From: Eledone cirrhosa
Taxonomy: Eukaryota
Length of the DNA: 64,000 nt
Assembly (NCBI GenBank): GCA_964016885.1
Contig: OZ024740.1
Location: 151,652,001 to 151,716,000 of the forward strand
Reading direction: 5' to 3'
Every line of letters begins with the position of its first letter. Within the stretch, counting starts at the first letter, position 1. The notes below the pieces were generated by a model, which made no database searches, was not told the origin of the DNA, and saw only the letters and a list, made by a program, of their open reading frames with translations. Of the stretch, positions 28,527 to 41,840 are shown piece by piece. A program made the translations under genes and the position numbers.

Positions 28527-28940
28527 TTGTTTCTACTTTTTGACACAAGGCCAGCACATACCCAGTGCATTACTGGTACTTTATTTTATCGACCCCGTAA
28601 GGATAAAAGGCAAAGTTAACCTCGGCAGGATTCGAACTCAGAATGGCAAGGGCCGTAACTCTGTGCGTCAAAGCATAGCGTCCAACCCTCTACCGATACT
28701 GCCAATCCACCGATAATAATGGTTTCTTATATAGGCACAAGGCCAGAAATTCTGGGGGAGGGGAAAGTCGATTAAATCGACCTCAGTGCGTGACCGGTAC
28801 TTTATTTTATCGACCCAGTAAGGATGAAAGGTAAAGTTAACCTTGGCGGTATTTGAACTTCGAAATTAAAGAGCCACACACTTTATGCTGCAACCCATGG
28901 CGTCCGGCGCTCTACCGATACTGCCAATCCATCGCCCTTA
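28527..28940 (-). mobile_element. Two tandem SINE S1 copies (28527-28712, 28722-28940)
   Basis: Same consensus as 26655-26834. Confidence 0.85.
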
Positions 28941-29323
28941 ATAACAATTTATAATAAACTCAAAAAGTGAGCGGTAACATCGATGGAGGTCTACTGCTTA
29001 AACTTAGATCAATATAATAACGATCAGATTAACAATTATCACCTGTCCCCATAGATTTAGAATAGTACCGCCCTCTATCATTGTTTAAGATAACACTGTT
29101 ACGAGGCGCCAAAAATTGTGCATTTCGTTTCTCTCATTCCATGTTTCTTGAGATAACATCTATTGTATCTAAGAATATCTTGATTTTCTTTGTATGTTAT
29201 TTATCTATTTCTGCGGTGGCAAATAAAAGAGATTATTTTCATCGTCATCATCGTCTTCATCATCACCATTATCACCATCACCATCACCATCACCATCACC
29301 ATCACCATCACCATCACCATCGC

Positions 29324-29362
<39 letters not shown>

Positions 29363-29399
29363 AACTACAGCTTATTCATTCCTTGTTTCACGTGTTCTT

Positions 29400-29725
29400 C
29401 GTAGTAACGTACTCGATAGTGCTTAGCTCAAGGATGAGAGAGTCACTCCAGATAGAGCCGCTACTTCTCCGAGAATATTGGCATGGGGTTAGAATGTTTC
29501 AGGAAAGAATCGTTAGGCAGATTTTAAGGGCAACGACAACCGGCAGAACACCTAGGTGTAGACCCGAGCAAGGTGGTTGGATAACATCCATGAACTTGGC
29601 TTGTCTCGCTTCTGACAGGACCCTCTGACCCCACGAAAGAAGAAGAAGAAGAAGAAGAAGAAGAAGAAGAAGAAGAAGAAGAAGAAGAAGAAGAAGAAGA
29701 AGAAGAAGAAGAAGAAGAAGAAGAA
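29400..29725 (+). mobile_element. RTE (Rex3/Expander-like) LINE 3' end with (GAA)n tail
   Basis: Reads SS.MRESLQIEPLLL..GRTPRCRP..RW.D; ends gaccc..(GAA)n. Confidence 0.7.
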
Positions 29726-31099
29726 ATGCGTTACAACGACCGGGTCCAGAAAGTGTGGTGGTTTACATGAAAATTGGATGAGAATACAATATGAGTTATG
29801 CACAGTATACATGATCATGATGATGCGAATGATGATGATAATAAGAAGTATCTTTATTTGCCACAAGAGAGGTAAAGGAGTAAAAGGTGACTACAGACAT
29901 TTATTTATATTTGTTCAATGTCTATTTACATAGACTTAGTTTACATTCATACACATTTAAAAGGGAGTAGCTTTGTAATGCAGTTCACTGCGCTCGTACT
30001 AAAATACTAATAAACTGATATGAAAGAATTTTTATTAAATACACAGATGTCTAAGTACAACACATACACCACACACACTCGCTCACACATATACACATAC
30101 ATACAAACACAATTACACACACAAACTCATACGCATATACACTCATCTATAGAATACTTACATGTATGCATACTTACATGCATACATACATACATACATA
30201 CATACATGCATACATTCATACATACATAAACGCATACATGCATACATGCATACATACATAGATACATACACAGACACATACATACATATATACACAGACA
30301 CATACATACATACTCACAGAATCTTGTTCCTATGTTAGAAAACGTTATAAAATAATATAACCAGAAGAATATACATACATACATACATACATACATACAT
30401 ACATACATACATACATACATACATACATACATACATACATACATACATACATTATCACGGCTGCCCCCTCGTTATCCTGTATGGCCATTGCACGATTTAC
30501 CATTATTAATAATTATTAATTAATGCTATCGTGCAATGCCTGTGCGTAAAGATATTTTTTAAAGTGAGGAAAGACTGTGTACTGAGCTAATCCCACTCTC
30601 TGAGCGACAGTAGCTATAACCCGAAAAGAAGAAAATATCAACATCATCGGTAACTACTGAGCCGCAGGTCTTATATCGGAGTTATCCCAGTTTACTGAGT
30701 TGCCTTCTCCTAGAAGAATGCCCTGACAAAGGCTAGAGGTCCTTCACTCCTAGTGGTTTAACCACGCGATCGGGTGTCCAGCCCGACTATTTCTATGTCC
30801 CCGTGCATATACATACACATGCACACATGTACATACATATGTACATGTGTATATACATATTTACACACATTTGAATGGCCGTTGACTCTTATGAGTTCTT
30901 CTGCCCTTTGTCAGGTTTTTTTTTTGTCCTGCAGGGTGTCTAAAATCACGCTTCTCACCAAGTCAACTTGGTGGGGTTGCCGGTTTAGTCGCCGACGACC
31001 CGACAATGTGACATGTTGAACTGGGTTACATGTTACCAGTAGCACTCAAGAGTGACCCGACATACATACATACATACATACTTACACAGACCATAGAGG

Positions 31100-33195
31100 G
31101 GATAAATCATTCAAAAAGCCTGGCATGGAATTCCGACAAGTTTATGACATCCTACCTTGAAGGTTATCTGTAATCAATACAGGAAGAAGAAAGTCCTACC
31201 AAATATCTGCTACACAAAAGAGGAGAGCCATCAGTCGACAATAAATGTAGTGTTTGTAAAACATTCTTGCGATTCAAAGGATGAAAATTACTTTTATTTT
31301 TACAACCTTGCCACCAGGAAGGTGGCCGGTCAAAAATGTACTCGAAGAAGTGAAGAAGACCTCCGTCAATCTGGTGTTGATTTTATTATTAGATCCCTAA
31401 CATCATTCCCCAAAGCTGTCAGTGATAGTATCGTGACTCTTTCTATGGATCTAATAAACGACAACTCTGCAACATTATTAAGCTCTTACGCCCCAACAAT
31501 TTATTCATCTGAGCAGGATAGCATAACATTTTATTATCAGCTTCACACAATGGTCTCCGCTGTTCTAGACAAGAACAAGCTTGAAATAGGGGAGATGTTA
31601 ATGTTAAAGTTGGAAATTGGTATCAAACATGGCATGATAGCCATGGAGTCGGAGCTACGAACTCAAATGGGCTTAGGCTGCTTTCATCTTGCAAGAAATT
31701 CCATCTTAGCATCACTAATAGCTTTTTTAAGAACTTGCAAACCATACGGCAACATGAATGCATCCTAGATCCAAGGATTGGTATATGATTGACAACGTCA
31801 TCACATACACGTGTCACCTAAAATATTTCAAAATTACTAGTTCTTTTCACTCTTCTTGCTATCATGCACTGTTGCGCAGTAAAGTTCCATTCAATCTTCA
31901 CTGCCCACTAAAAAGCTACCTATCTCCCCCAAGGTTGATGTCGGTGCTTTGAGATACATTGATAGGCGACTGCAACTTTCTGATAAACGATTCATCCCTC
32001 GACAAGAAAGTGCTCAAGGATGCCACCTATGAAGCCTCCATACATGTCTTCGTATTTCCTATGAGAAAACCACAGAATTGGTTTGATGAAAGCAACTCAG
32101 ATGTCCAGAGCCTTACAAGCAAGATGCATAACACACATGGGCTTTGGAATAGAGATTGAATTTCAACAACAGAAATGAAAGCCTATAAAGACTGTAAGCA
32201 ACAAGAAAAGCCCTTTAGAAAGACGAAGGATGTCTGGTGGGCAGTTAAATCAGCTAATCGACAAAAGGCTGTCGATAAAAAGGATTCAGGAGCATTTTAT
32301 AATGGTTAAGAGGCGGTCTATGATCAGAGGAAGAGCAGGTCAAATCTAGTCATGTATTCTAATGGTATGACCCTATACACAGACAAAGCTGAGATATTCT
32401 CCCGATGGAGGGTAAACTTTGAAAAGGTCCTAAATACTGAGTCAATTGTTGATGAAGATGGGATACAATCTATTCCACAAAGGCCAGAGATACCTGAAGT
32501 AGCATTCAACCCAAGCCTGAATGAAGATCAAACACCTATGAAGCAAATGTCACCCAATAAAGTTCCTGGGAAGATTCAAATATGGTGGTCAGAAACGGGT
32601 TCGTAAGGTTCTTCGCGTATCTCTGGAAATCTTGAAAGTCGACCATGTTCCTCAAGACTTCAGAGATGTATCTAAAATTTATCTCTTCAAGAACAAAGGT
32701 AACAAATCTATCTGTGACAACTCTTCTGACATCTCACTTAACTGTATTGTTGCTAGGGTACTTGCCCATGTCATTCTCAACAGAATTACAGCCAGACTCG
32801 TTGATATCTACCCTGAAAACCAATGTGGTTTCCCTAGAGATCGGAGTACTATTAAAATGATATTCTCCTTTAACTTTGTTGTAGAGAAGGTTCATGAAGA
32901 GAACCAAAAACAGTGTATGGTCTTTGTCGACATGACCAAAGCCTTTGACACTGTCAAACGCAAATCTTTCTGGAAACTCTTCAAAAAGATTGGCATATCT
33001 CACAATATGCTAAATGTTATCATTTCTTTTCACGGGGTCATTGAAGCACCAATTATGTCAAATGGTGTCACACATTGTACGAAGCAGGGTTGTAACATGG
33101 CTCCTGTTCTCTTTGCTTTGTTTCTCTCTGAAATACTTCAGTATGCATTTGGCGAATTAGACGCTGGCATCAGATTTGAATGTAAACTTACACAC
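31100..33195 (+). mobile_element. Degraded RTE-BovB-like LINE (APE to RT)
   Basis: ATLLSSYAPT, WQHEC/HPRSKDWYMIDNVI, VPQDFRD..FKNKGNKSICDN..ISL, PENQCGF, VFVDMTKAFDTV and KQGCNMAPVLF. Truncated at (TA)n before YADD. Confidence 0.88.
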
Positions 33196-33210
33196 CAATA
33201 TCTATATATA

Positions 33211-33570
<360 letters not shown>

Positions 33571-33583
33571 CACAATATATAAA

Positions 33584-33880
33584 CAATGGAACTTCGGTTC
33601 ACGACTTAATTCGTCCCCGAGTGCCGTTAATCATCCGAAATGTTCGTAAACCGAAGCTATTTTTCCGATACGATATGTTGAGTGATAGATGCAGTGCATA
33701 AGAGACTGGATGTGAAAGCAGATGTTAGTTATCATCATAGTAACTAACTATACACCAAGTGACGCTTTCCCGCCGATAGTCCAGGCTTTTGTCAACCGTT
33801 GTTGCCGGCTTGCATGTTCGTTACTCGAGACACTGTTCGGAAAAATTGTTCGTGAGGCGAGGCGCACGCCATTATTGTAT
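33584..33880. mobile_element. Tigger/pogo-like MITE remnant
   Basis: 5' caatggaacttcggttcacga..ttaattcgt; 3' ttcgtgaggcgagg..cattattg (degenerate inverted ends). Confidence 0.5.
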
Positions 33881-33904
33881 ATATATATATATATCCATAT
33901 AGAT

Positions 33905-34112
33905 ATGTGAGTCCCGGGTTCAATCGAGGGTAACCACAGTAAAGTACTCACTACATTAGTAGAGTGTATACACAAATTTAATACAAAAATGGCTTCTACA
34001 GGAACAGAACTGTTACATTCGAAGGAAATCATCAAGCATTCCTGATGATTTTCTTCGAATGAAACAGTTCTAGTCCTGTAGAAGCCATTTCTATAGTAAA
34101 TGTTATTCTATA
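33905..34112. mobile_element. Family A fold-back copy
   Basis: Arms about 33975-34034 / 34043-34100; contains a complete HHR on the plus strand. Confidence 0.85.
34036..34086 (+). ncRNA. Type I hammerhead ribozyme, intact core
   Basis: gcattc-CTGATGA(34042)-T-tTTC-ttc-GAA-T-GAAA-CAG-ttctagtc-CTG-TA-gaagcc; GUA site after 34080. Confidence 0.7.
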
Positions 34113-34113
34113 T

Positions 34114-34149
<36 letters not shown>

Positions 34150-34204
34150 GAGTTCAAGGCGTTGATACTGCATTTGTATTTAGTCGTGTTATTGTTACTA
34201 CTAC

Positions 34205-34258
<54 letters not shown>

Positions 34259-34500
34259 AGCTTTTGATGGTGGCGTCGTCGCCATCTTCGACATCACTGT
34301 TGTGACTGTGCGTCGATGCATGGAGAAATACTTGCAATATAACCAAGTCAACAAGTAATTTGATGCAATCGGTACGCTTCATTAATGGAGGGAGATCAAA
34401 TCCATGAAGCGTGACCCTTCTTGCTCTAACCAAACTGATGTGGCACGAATGACAGAGTGAGCAAAAGAGAGATAGAAGGAGATAAAGAAGTTAGAAAGAC

Positions 34501-34591
<91 letters not shown>

Positions 34592-34811
34592 GTCTAGACG
34601 AAAGAGGAAAGGTATGATGGGGATGATGATGTTGATGATGATGACGACGATGTTGCTGTTGGTGAACATGGTGATGTACAAAAATTAGAAATAATGTGGG
34701 GGATATCGAGTGGAGAAAAAGGGTTGTGCGGACAGAGAAAGGAAAGAAAAACTAAAGAATGGGAAAAAGAAAACAGAGAAGAGAAGATAGAAAAGGGAAG
34801 AATTTGTGAGT

Positions 34812-34873
<62 letters not shown>

Positions 34874-35078
34874 TGAGACGGTGTGAGAAAGTGTGACATA
34901 CGTTAAATTTTGATTAGGTTCTGTCTGAGTGCAATGATTGAATGTGTAAGAGGGTGACGATCTTATGTATCACCGATCTAACACATAGATGCACAGAACA
35001 CACATATATGCATAAGTATGCATACATAAAAGGTGTATGTCTATATACACTACACGTATGAATGAAGACGTAAAATGT

Positions 35079-35120
<42 letters not shown>

Positions 35121-35160
35121 TTCCAAATATTAACAAAATAGATATTCTTGTGATCAATTA

Positions 35161-35227
35161 TATTTTATTATACATATTTCAGAGGTACTGAATTAAGTTC
35201 AACAGTACGTCCTCATCAGATAAAATA
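35161..35227 (-). ncRNA. Type I hammerhead ribozyme, intact
   Basis: TATTTTAT-CTGATGA-ggac-GTACTG..CAGTAC-ctct-GAAA-TATGTA-TA-ATAAAATA; 8-bp stem I. Confidence 0.85.
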
Positions 35228-35552
35228 AAATGATACATGACATACCCTGACATGGTAGATGGTTTAAGATTTATTCAACTACCTTGAGTGCTTCCAATCT
35301 ATTGTAAAACACATTCTTTGATGTACTCATTGAATCTTGTTTAACTCATAAATATATATATATATATATATATGTGTCTATGTGTGTATGTATGTATATA
35401 TATACATATATATATATATATATGAATGTATATATAGTGTATTTTGCAATAGACTGTATGCTTAATTAAAAGCATTTCGAAGACCTTACGCTATTGTTTT
35501 AGAGTAGTGACAGTCTCACTTACTTTAAATTTTCAGAAAACAAGGGGAGATC

Positions 35553-35599
35553 AAGCTCACAGTGCTCTGTTTCGTACTTGTTGGTACTTATCAAAGCTA
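35553..35599 (-). ncRNA. Decayed hammerhead
   Basis: AGCT-tTGATaA-GTAC-caacaa-GTAC-GAAA-CAG-agca-CTG-Tg-AGCT: all three stems perfect, three core substitutions. Confidence 0.55.
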
Positions 35600-35891
35600 A
35601 GTACTCCACCTGTTTGCTGAAAATCATGAATGTTTGATTCTTATAGAATTCTAGTAAAAATATATGTATAATATATGTATGTATACATATATGTATGTAC
35701 GTGTACATACTTATATTTAAGTAACAGCCGTACTAAGAGTGGGAAATGAAATTTTATTTCATTTTTTCCATATGTATGTATATATATACATATATATATA
35801 GTAATAATAATAAATTTGAAGACTAAGATTCCGTTAAGGGTGTAAGCAGCGATTATTTGCTTAAACTTTAATCTGTTATTTTAATAAATAT

Positions 35892-35933
<42 letters not shown>

Positions 35934-35934
<1 letters not shown>

Positions 35935-36153
35935 ACGAAGGAAATGTGGTAAGGAACCAGGTGGACCAAAACGCACCAAAGTACTCAATACTTGAGGTAG
36001 TAGAGTGGGTAATAGGAACCAGTAAGACCCCGACAGCTGAGCTCAAGCCGTTTCGACGGCTAATTCTGGACTAAAAAAAAAATCTTTTTTTTTTTAGTCC
36101 AGAATTAGCCGTCGAAACGGCTTGAGCTCAGCTGTCGGGGTCTTACTGGTTCC

Positions 36154-36155
<2 letters not shown>
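35934..36155. mobile_element. Family B fold-back copy (longest hairpin)
   Basis: Essentially perfect arms about 36012-36082 / 36085-36156 around an A10/T11 centre. Confidence 0.88.
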
Positions 36156-36177
<22 letters not shown>

Positions 36178-36184
<7 letters not shown>

Positions 36185-36420
36185 AAGATAAACACAGATA
36201 TATACATATATGTGTTCAAATCGTAAGGGACCAGATTTTTTCACCTTAGCGAATCTTGTCCCTTACGCTTTGAAAACATATATGTATATATCTATGTGTA
36301 TCTTTCTTTTATATTCAATTTTAATATACGGCTCGGAAAATTCTCTTTCCTAGAGCTATTTTATTGTAAGAGACTATTTTGAGTTTCTAACCCAATATAT
36401 ACCTTTGATATATATTATGT
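36178..36420. mobile_element. Fold-back element family H
   Basis: Inverted arms about 36178-36237 / 36251-36312; the right arm has GAAAA-CATATATG-TA (HHR 3' half with palindromic stem III). Confidence 0.6.
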
Positions 36421-37272
36421 ATATATATATATCAGTGCCATGATAGACTTTTCTGTGTCCACTACAAATTTTGACCAATCCTCTTGACAACTACAATCTT
36501 CTCATATAAGGAAGTACGCCTTGAAAAGTTCGGCTATCTATTTACCAGACTAAAAAAACACTTACTTTAGTCCAGAAATAGCCGTTGAAACGGCTTGCGC
36601 TCTGCCGTCGTGGTCATACTTTCTCCTATGTATATATATATATATATATAATGATGAACGTAGGAAAATTAACAAAGAAAACAAGAGAACGAGTGAAAAC
36701 AAGGTAAAATGTGTTGTACTTCTTAGAGTACGAAAGTCCCAGGGAATAAAAATAAAGAAAAGAAGAAAAAATGAAAGGGAGAATAAAAGCAAGAAGAAAG
36801 TAAGATTTCATGTTAAAAATGTAAGCAATTGAAATTAAAGGCGGGGGGGAGATATAATCGTTCGTCACAGATTATTAATGATGAACTTAGGAAAATTAAC
36901 AAAGAGATGACAAGACAACGAACGAAAACAAGGCAAATATATATATATATATATATAGAAACTTAAGAAAATTAACAAAGAGAGGACTACGCAACGAAGG
37001 AAAAACAATTTTTTAAGGGGAAATCTTAAAAAAATAAATCTTAAAAAAATAAAAATACTAACGAAGGACCAGAGAACTCCAATATCATCGGCCGTTGAGG
37101 TGGACATGAGTTGCAATATAAACAGCAAAGTTGGCATGGCCCACCGGTTGCGTTCCTGGATTCTCAGAACTATCCAGTTCAGAGATACCCACACCATTAT
37201 CAAGGTTATCAAAGGCATATAGTGGTACGTGGTACTCTTCTATGTTTCGGCTGCGTAGGTTGTCAGGTTGTC

Positions 37273-37309
<37 letters not shown>

Positions 37310-37471
37310 GGAGGTGAGTTTTATTGTAGTACAATAAAGCAATGCAGATATCGGATAAGAACCACTCTACAATTTGTAGGGCTAGAGTATACATAATATA
37401 TAAGATCAAAATATGTTGATTTAAAACTGCACTATTCACAAGTGTTTTTTAACCTTCATATCATGTCTTCT

Positions 37472-37542
37472 TATTTTATCTGATGAAAACACAAATGTTA
37501 TTGCATGATGATATTTGTTTTTGAAATGCGCATAATAAAATA
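37472..37542 (+). ncRNA. Type I hammerhead ribozyme, intact
   Basis: TATTTTAT-CTGATGA(37480)-aaacACAAAT..ATTTGTtttt-GAAA-TGCGCA-TA-ATAAAATA; cleavage after 37534. Bounded by a short IR at 37394-37411 / 37563-37582. Confidence 0.85.
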
Positions 37543-37594
37543 CATGGAACTCTTTTAACCATCTTTTGATCTTATATATTATATATATATATAG

Positions 37595-37733
37595 ATAGAT
37601 GAAATTCTACAGGACTAGAACTGTTTCCTGAAGATTTCTAAAGAATGAAACAGTTCTAGTCTTGTAGAATCTCATCTATATTAAAACATGTATTGAGTAC
37701 CTTACTTACTGTGGTTACCTCCGATTCAATCCG

Positions 37734-37736
<3 letters not shown>
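37595..37736 (+). mobile_element. Family A fold-back copy with CTGAAGA hammerhead core
   Basis: ttc-CTGAAGA(37628)-T-TTCT-aa-AGAA-T-GAAA-CAG..TTG-TA-gaa. Confidence 0.8.
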
Positions 37737-37821
<85 letters not shown>

Positions 37822-38022
37822 ATATATATATATACAGTATATAAGGCTCTGATACCATCAACAATATAAACACAGAGCTCTCATATCTAAGAACTGACTA
37901 ACTGCCTGAAATATATATAGCAGTAAATAAAGGATTATTTGACTTATGTTTCGTCACTATATATATATATATATATATATGCAATATATTAAAAATGGAA
38001 ACTATATTTATAAAACCATATT

Positions 38023-38087
38023 TATTTCATTATATATATTTCAAGGACACCAAACCAAATTATGGTTTGCTTTCATCAGATAAAATA
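38023..38087 (-). ncRNA. Type I hammerhead ribozyme, intact
   Basis: Reverse-complement copy of 38143-38207; stem III ATATATAT. Confidence 0.85.
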
Positions 38088-38142
38088 TAATATAGATCAG
38101 TTTTATAAACAAATATTGACATACCCTTAAAGAATGCGACTA

Positions 38143-38207
38143 TATTTTATCTGATGAAAGCAAACCATAATTTGGTTTGGTGTCCTTGAAATATGTATAA
38201 TGAAATA
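38143..38207 (+). ncRNA. Type I hammerhead ribozyme, intact
   Basis: TATTTTAT-CTGATGA(38151)-AAG-CAAACCA-taatt-TGGTTTG-gtgtc-CTT-GAAA-TATGTA-TA-ATGAAATA. Confidence 0.85.
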
Positions 38208-38245
38208 AATATGGTTTTATAAATATAGTTTCCATTTGTTAATAT

Positions 38246-38306
<61 letters not shown>

Positions 38307-38408
38307 GTTTATCCCAGGTTCAATCGGGGGTAACCACAGTAAATAAGGTACTCCCACGCACACACAGACACACAGTAAGTAAGGTACACACACACTCACA
38401 CACACACA

Positions 38409-38480
<72 letters not shown>

Positions 38481-39084
38481 GTATATATATATATATATAT
38501 ATATATTTGCATCAATATACACATTCTTTCTTTATTAACATTTGTACAGAGAAGCATTCATACTAGCATCCACCATACATACATACACACAAAGACAGAT
38601 ACATCCGCGTGTCGTTGAGTGTAGCCCTATAATGAGGAATAAAGATCCTTTGTCATCTCACTGTTCATATCTAGCACGCTTTTAAACAAAACCTTGCAGC
38701 TATTTATGCAGAAAGCAAACAAGAATTTGTATCGTTGTGGAGGGTAAAATATTATTTTTATAATGTTTGCAGATATTTGACTGGCAAAGGGATGCTTGAG
38801 TCATTAAGTCACATAAATATTATCATTGTGCATCACCCTGAGTACGTGATCTGGTATCATTTTAAATATTTGTTCCGTTTACATTTGTACATAAATTCGG
38901 TCATCAACGAGTTTCATTCCGGATAATTAAAGATAATTCATAATCTACGGCTCCAGCTGTTCATGGTCTTGCCTCGTCATTTATTGTCTAGATAGCGCTA
39001 TCATTTGAATCATGTTATTTGAACTGCTGGAAAATGAATCAGTTTATATTGTTTATTAATGCCATTGTTACCAACAATGAATAC

Positions 39085-39330
39085 TCGTGGTTAGTATATT
39101 CAAGTAACGAGTGTATAATCGCGAGTTAGATTCCCGGCAGCGCGATGAGTCGTTGAGCAGGGCACTTTCGTTTACGTTACTACCGTCCCCACAGCTGGCA
39201 GAAATATGTTGTACCTGTAATTCAAAGGGCCAACTTTATCATAACGGTTTCACACTCAATCTCCCTGAGAGCTATGATATGGGTGCACGGGTATATGGTA
39301 TGCGCAGCCACTTACATTGATCAAACAAGT
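39085..39330 (+). mobile_element. SINE S2 (further copies about 41470-41590, 46170-46320, 46468-46660, 58070-58380)
   Basis: A-box-like gtggttag, B-box-like gagttagattcc, core ttgagcagggcacttt..cagctggcagaaat..gtaattcaaagggcc. Confidence 0.7.
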
Positions 39331-40027
39331 GAAATACTTGTCATCGGAAACGAGGGAGATCCAACACATGGTACCATCAACACGAACAATAACATCACAA
39401 ACCTCACTACTTACACAATCTATACGATCACCACCTATACAGCTACTACCAGCAAATATATTGTAATAACAGTTCATACCATCCACACTAACATTAGCAC
39501 CTCATACACTGTAAACATTCACAGCAAAAATAATTACAACCATCACTCGCAATTAGTTATGTCTTGGTAGTATAAACCATACTTTCACTGAGAGCTTTAG
39601 GTTCTTATTCAGTTATAAGGAGAAAGACGTCCTCTCGTTTCTCCCTTCTTTGATCCAGCGGAATATTCCAAGGTGTGACATATGGAAGGAAAGAGGGCTT
39701 CACCAGTACTGGGTTGATATTTTAATTATCGAGCCCGAAATGTTAGAAAACAAAGTGGTCCATACCGGAAATTGAACTCAGAACACAGAAATCCGGAAGA
39801 AATATTCTATGACCCAACGATTCGACAGCCTTAAATATTCTCAACAACAGATTCATTAAGTGTAGTCATGGCTGAAATGCCTTTGATAATGGGTTTGCTC
39901 GATAATCGTATTTTAGGATTAAACATCAGTAACTATAACCACACTACCAAATACCATCCAGATCAACGACTGTAATATCATGGACTGTATACCATCAACA
40001 ACACAGTAACACCACCAAAATTATTAT

Positions 40028-40205
40028 CTGGCAGTATCGGTAGAGGGTCGGACACCATGCTTTGACGCATAGAGTTACGGCCCTTGCCATTCTGAGTTCA
40101 AATCCCGCCGAGGTTGACTTTGCCTTTCATCCTTACGGGGTTGATAAAATAAAGTACCAGTAATACACTGGGTAATTGCTGGCCTTGTGCCTAAAGTAGG
40201 AACAA
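40028..40205 (+). mobile_element. SINE S1 (degenerate copies also at about 39700-39830 and 40450-40560, minus)
   Basis: tggcagtatcggtagagggtcggac..gagttcaaatcccgcc..ccttgtgcctaaagtag. Confidence 0.85.
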
Positions 40206-40564
40206 TTATTATCAACAGTACTATCAACACTGCTACCAACAACGCCGTCAGTGCCACCACCAGCATCACTATCAAAACTCCCGTTAACACTTCTACCAAC
40301 AATACCATAAAAACCGCCATCGACACTAGCACTGGTACGACCAGTAACAACAACTCTCCTAGTACCAACATCAGCATAGTTATTATCATCAATGACTCTA
40401 TCAATATTAATTTACAATACGTTCTAACATCGGCACTAAATCCGAAATTTGGGGGAAGGATGAAAAGCAATGATGACGGCGGCGGGATTTTAATTCAGAA
40501 CTAGAGTCAGCAAAGAAATGTGTTCGACGCTCTACCAATACTCCTAATCAATCACCCTCAATAT

Positions 40565-41203
40565 GATACGGTCGCTGAACCGCTTGCCAGTCATAAGTCT
40601 CATGAAGTGGTTCTGGAATGTAGAAAGCTTCTGAAGTGACCTTGTCGTCCAATTAACACAGTCAAGACCATATAACACAACTGGTAAGATGTAAGTAACA
40701 AAGATCTTAGCCTTCTAATGATAGGAAACTCGTTTTGATGTTAGTACTTCCTTGTTCTTGTTGAAAGCTGCCCAACCTAGAGCGATGCGATACTGCACAG
40801 CAACCATTCCATTGTTGTTTGATGATAGTTTGGGACCAAGATATACAAACTCCGTAACTTGAGTAATTTGCTGTTTGTAGATTGTGAGATGGAGATTGGT
40901 ATTGTTTTTATCAGTTGTCATACATTTTGTTTTGGAGATGTTGATCTGTAAGCCAGATTCCAGCGAATATTTGGTCAGTAGATTCATAAAGTCTTGCAGA
41001 TCAGTTCTAGAGTAACTCATCATGGCCAGATCGTCTGCATAGCTATAATTTGATAGCATTTTACCTCCTATTTGATAGCCAGAGGAGCATTCTTCTTCAG
41101 TTTGGTAGATAAGTGCAGCTATAACTATACAAAAAAGAAGTGCTGATAGTACATCCTCCTGCTTAACTCCCTTCAACTTGTCTATACAGCATGTAGTTCC
41201 CAA
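40565..41203 (-). mobile_element. LINE RT fragment (RTE-like)
   Basis: GVKQEDVLSALLF, YADD, GLQINISKTK, EFVYLG, RIALGWAAF. Confidence 0.85.
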
Positions 41204-41587
41204 GTGTCTTTTGATATATGCATCATCGTAACTACAGCTTATTCATTCACTATTTCACCAGGTATAAGTGGGCGAAGAAGAAGAAGAAAAAGAAAAAGAA
41301 AAAGAAAAAGAAAAAGAAAAAGAAAAAGAAAAAGAAAAAGAAGACGACGACGACGACATCTGAAAGAGCTGATAGTATTTATAATCAGGAAAACGGCTGG
41401 TAATGTTACACTATGCGTTGATTGCTTATTTCTTTCGTTTATACCCAAACATTGTACCATATTGTATATGTGTGCGTGGATGAATATGAAATTGTCTTCC
41501 TTGGTGTTCGGTTTACATGTATTGTCTTTGAGCAAGACACTTCAATTGCCGTTAGTCCAGTCCATTCAGCTTGCAAAAATGAGATGA

Positions 41588-41775
41588 ATATGTGATTCAA
41601 AGAATGATCCTTGCCAAACACTTTTTCGCGCTGAATCTTTATGTAATGTCAGCCACTTGCACGGTAATTTTAAAAACAAGATATTCCGTCAATTGAACAA
41701 GGGCAACACTCATCGTCAAAACCGAAGTAGGTCCATTCTATTCCATTTCATACATTTCCATATATATATATATGT

Positions 41776-41840
<65 letters not shown>

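Larger units (their letters stand above)
37981..38250. mobile_element. Fold-back element family F with two divergent intact hammerheads
   Basis: Arms 37982-38089 / 38141-38249 with a ~50-nt spacer; (TA)n on both sides. Confidence 0.88.

Noticed and set aside
37070-37220. WILRTIQFRD-like CR1 RT C-terminal fragment
   Set aside because: Too short and degenerate to call.
40028-40110. tRNA gene
   Set aside because: The A/B boxes belong to SINE heads; no cloverleaf, and the sequence continues into the SINE body.
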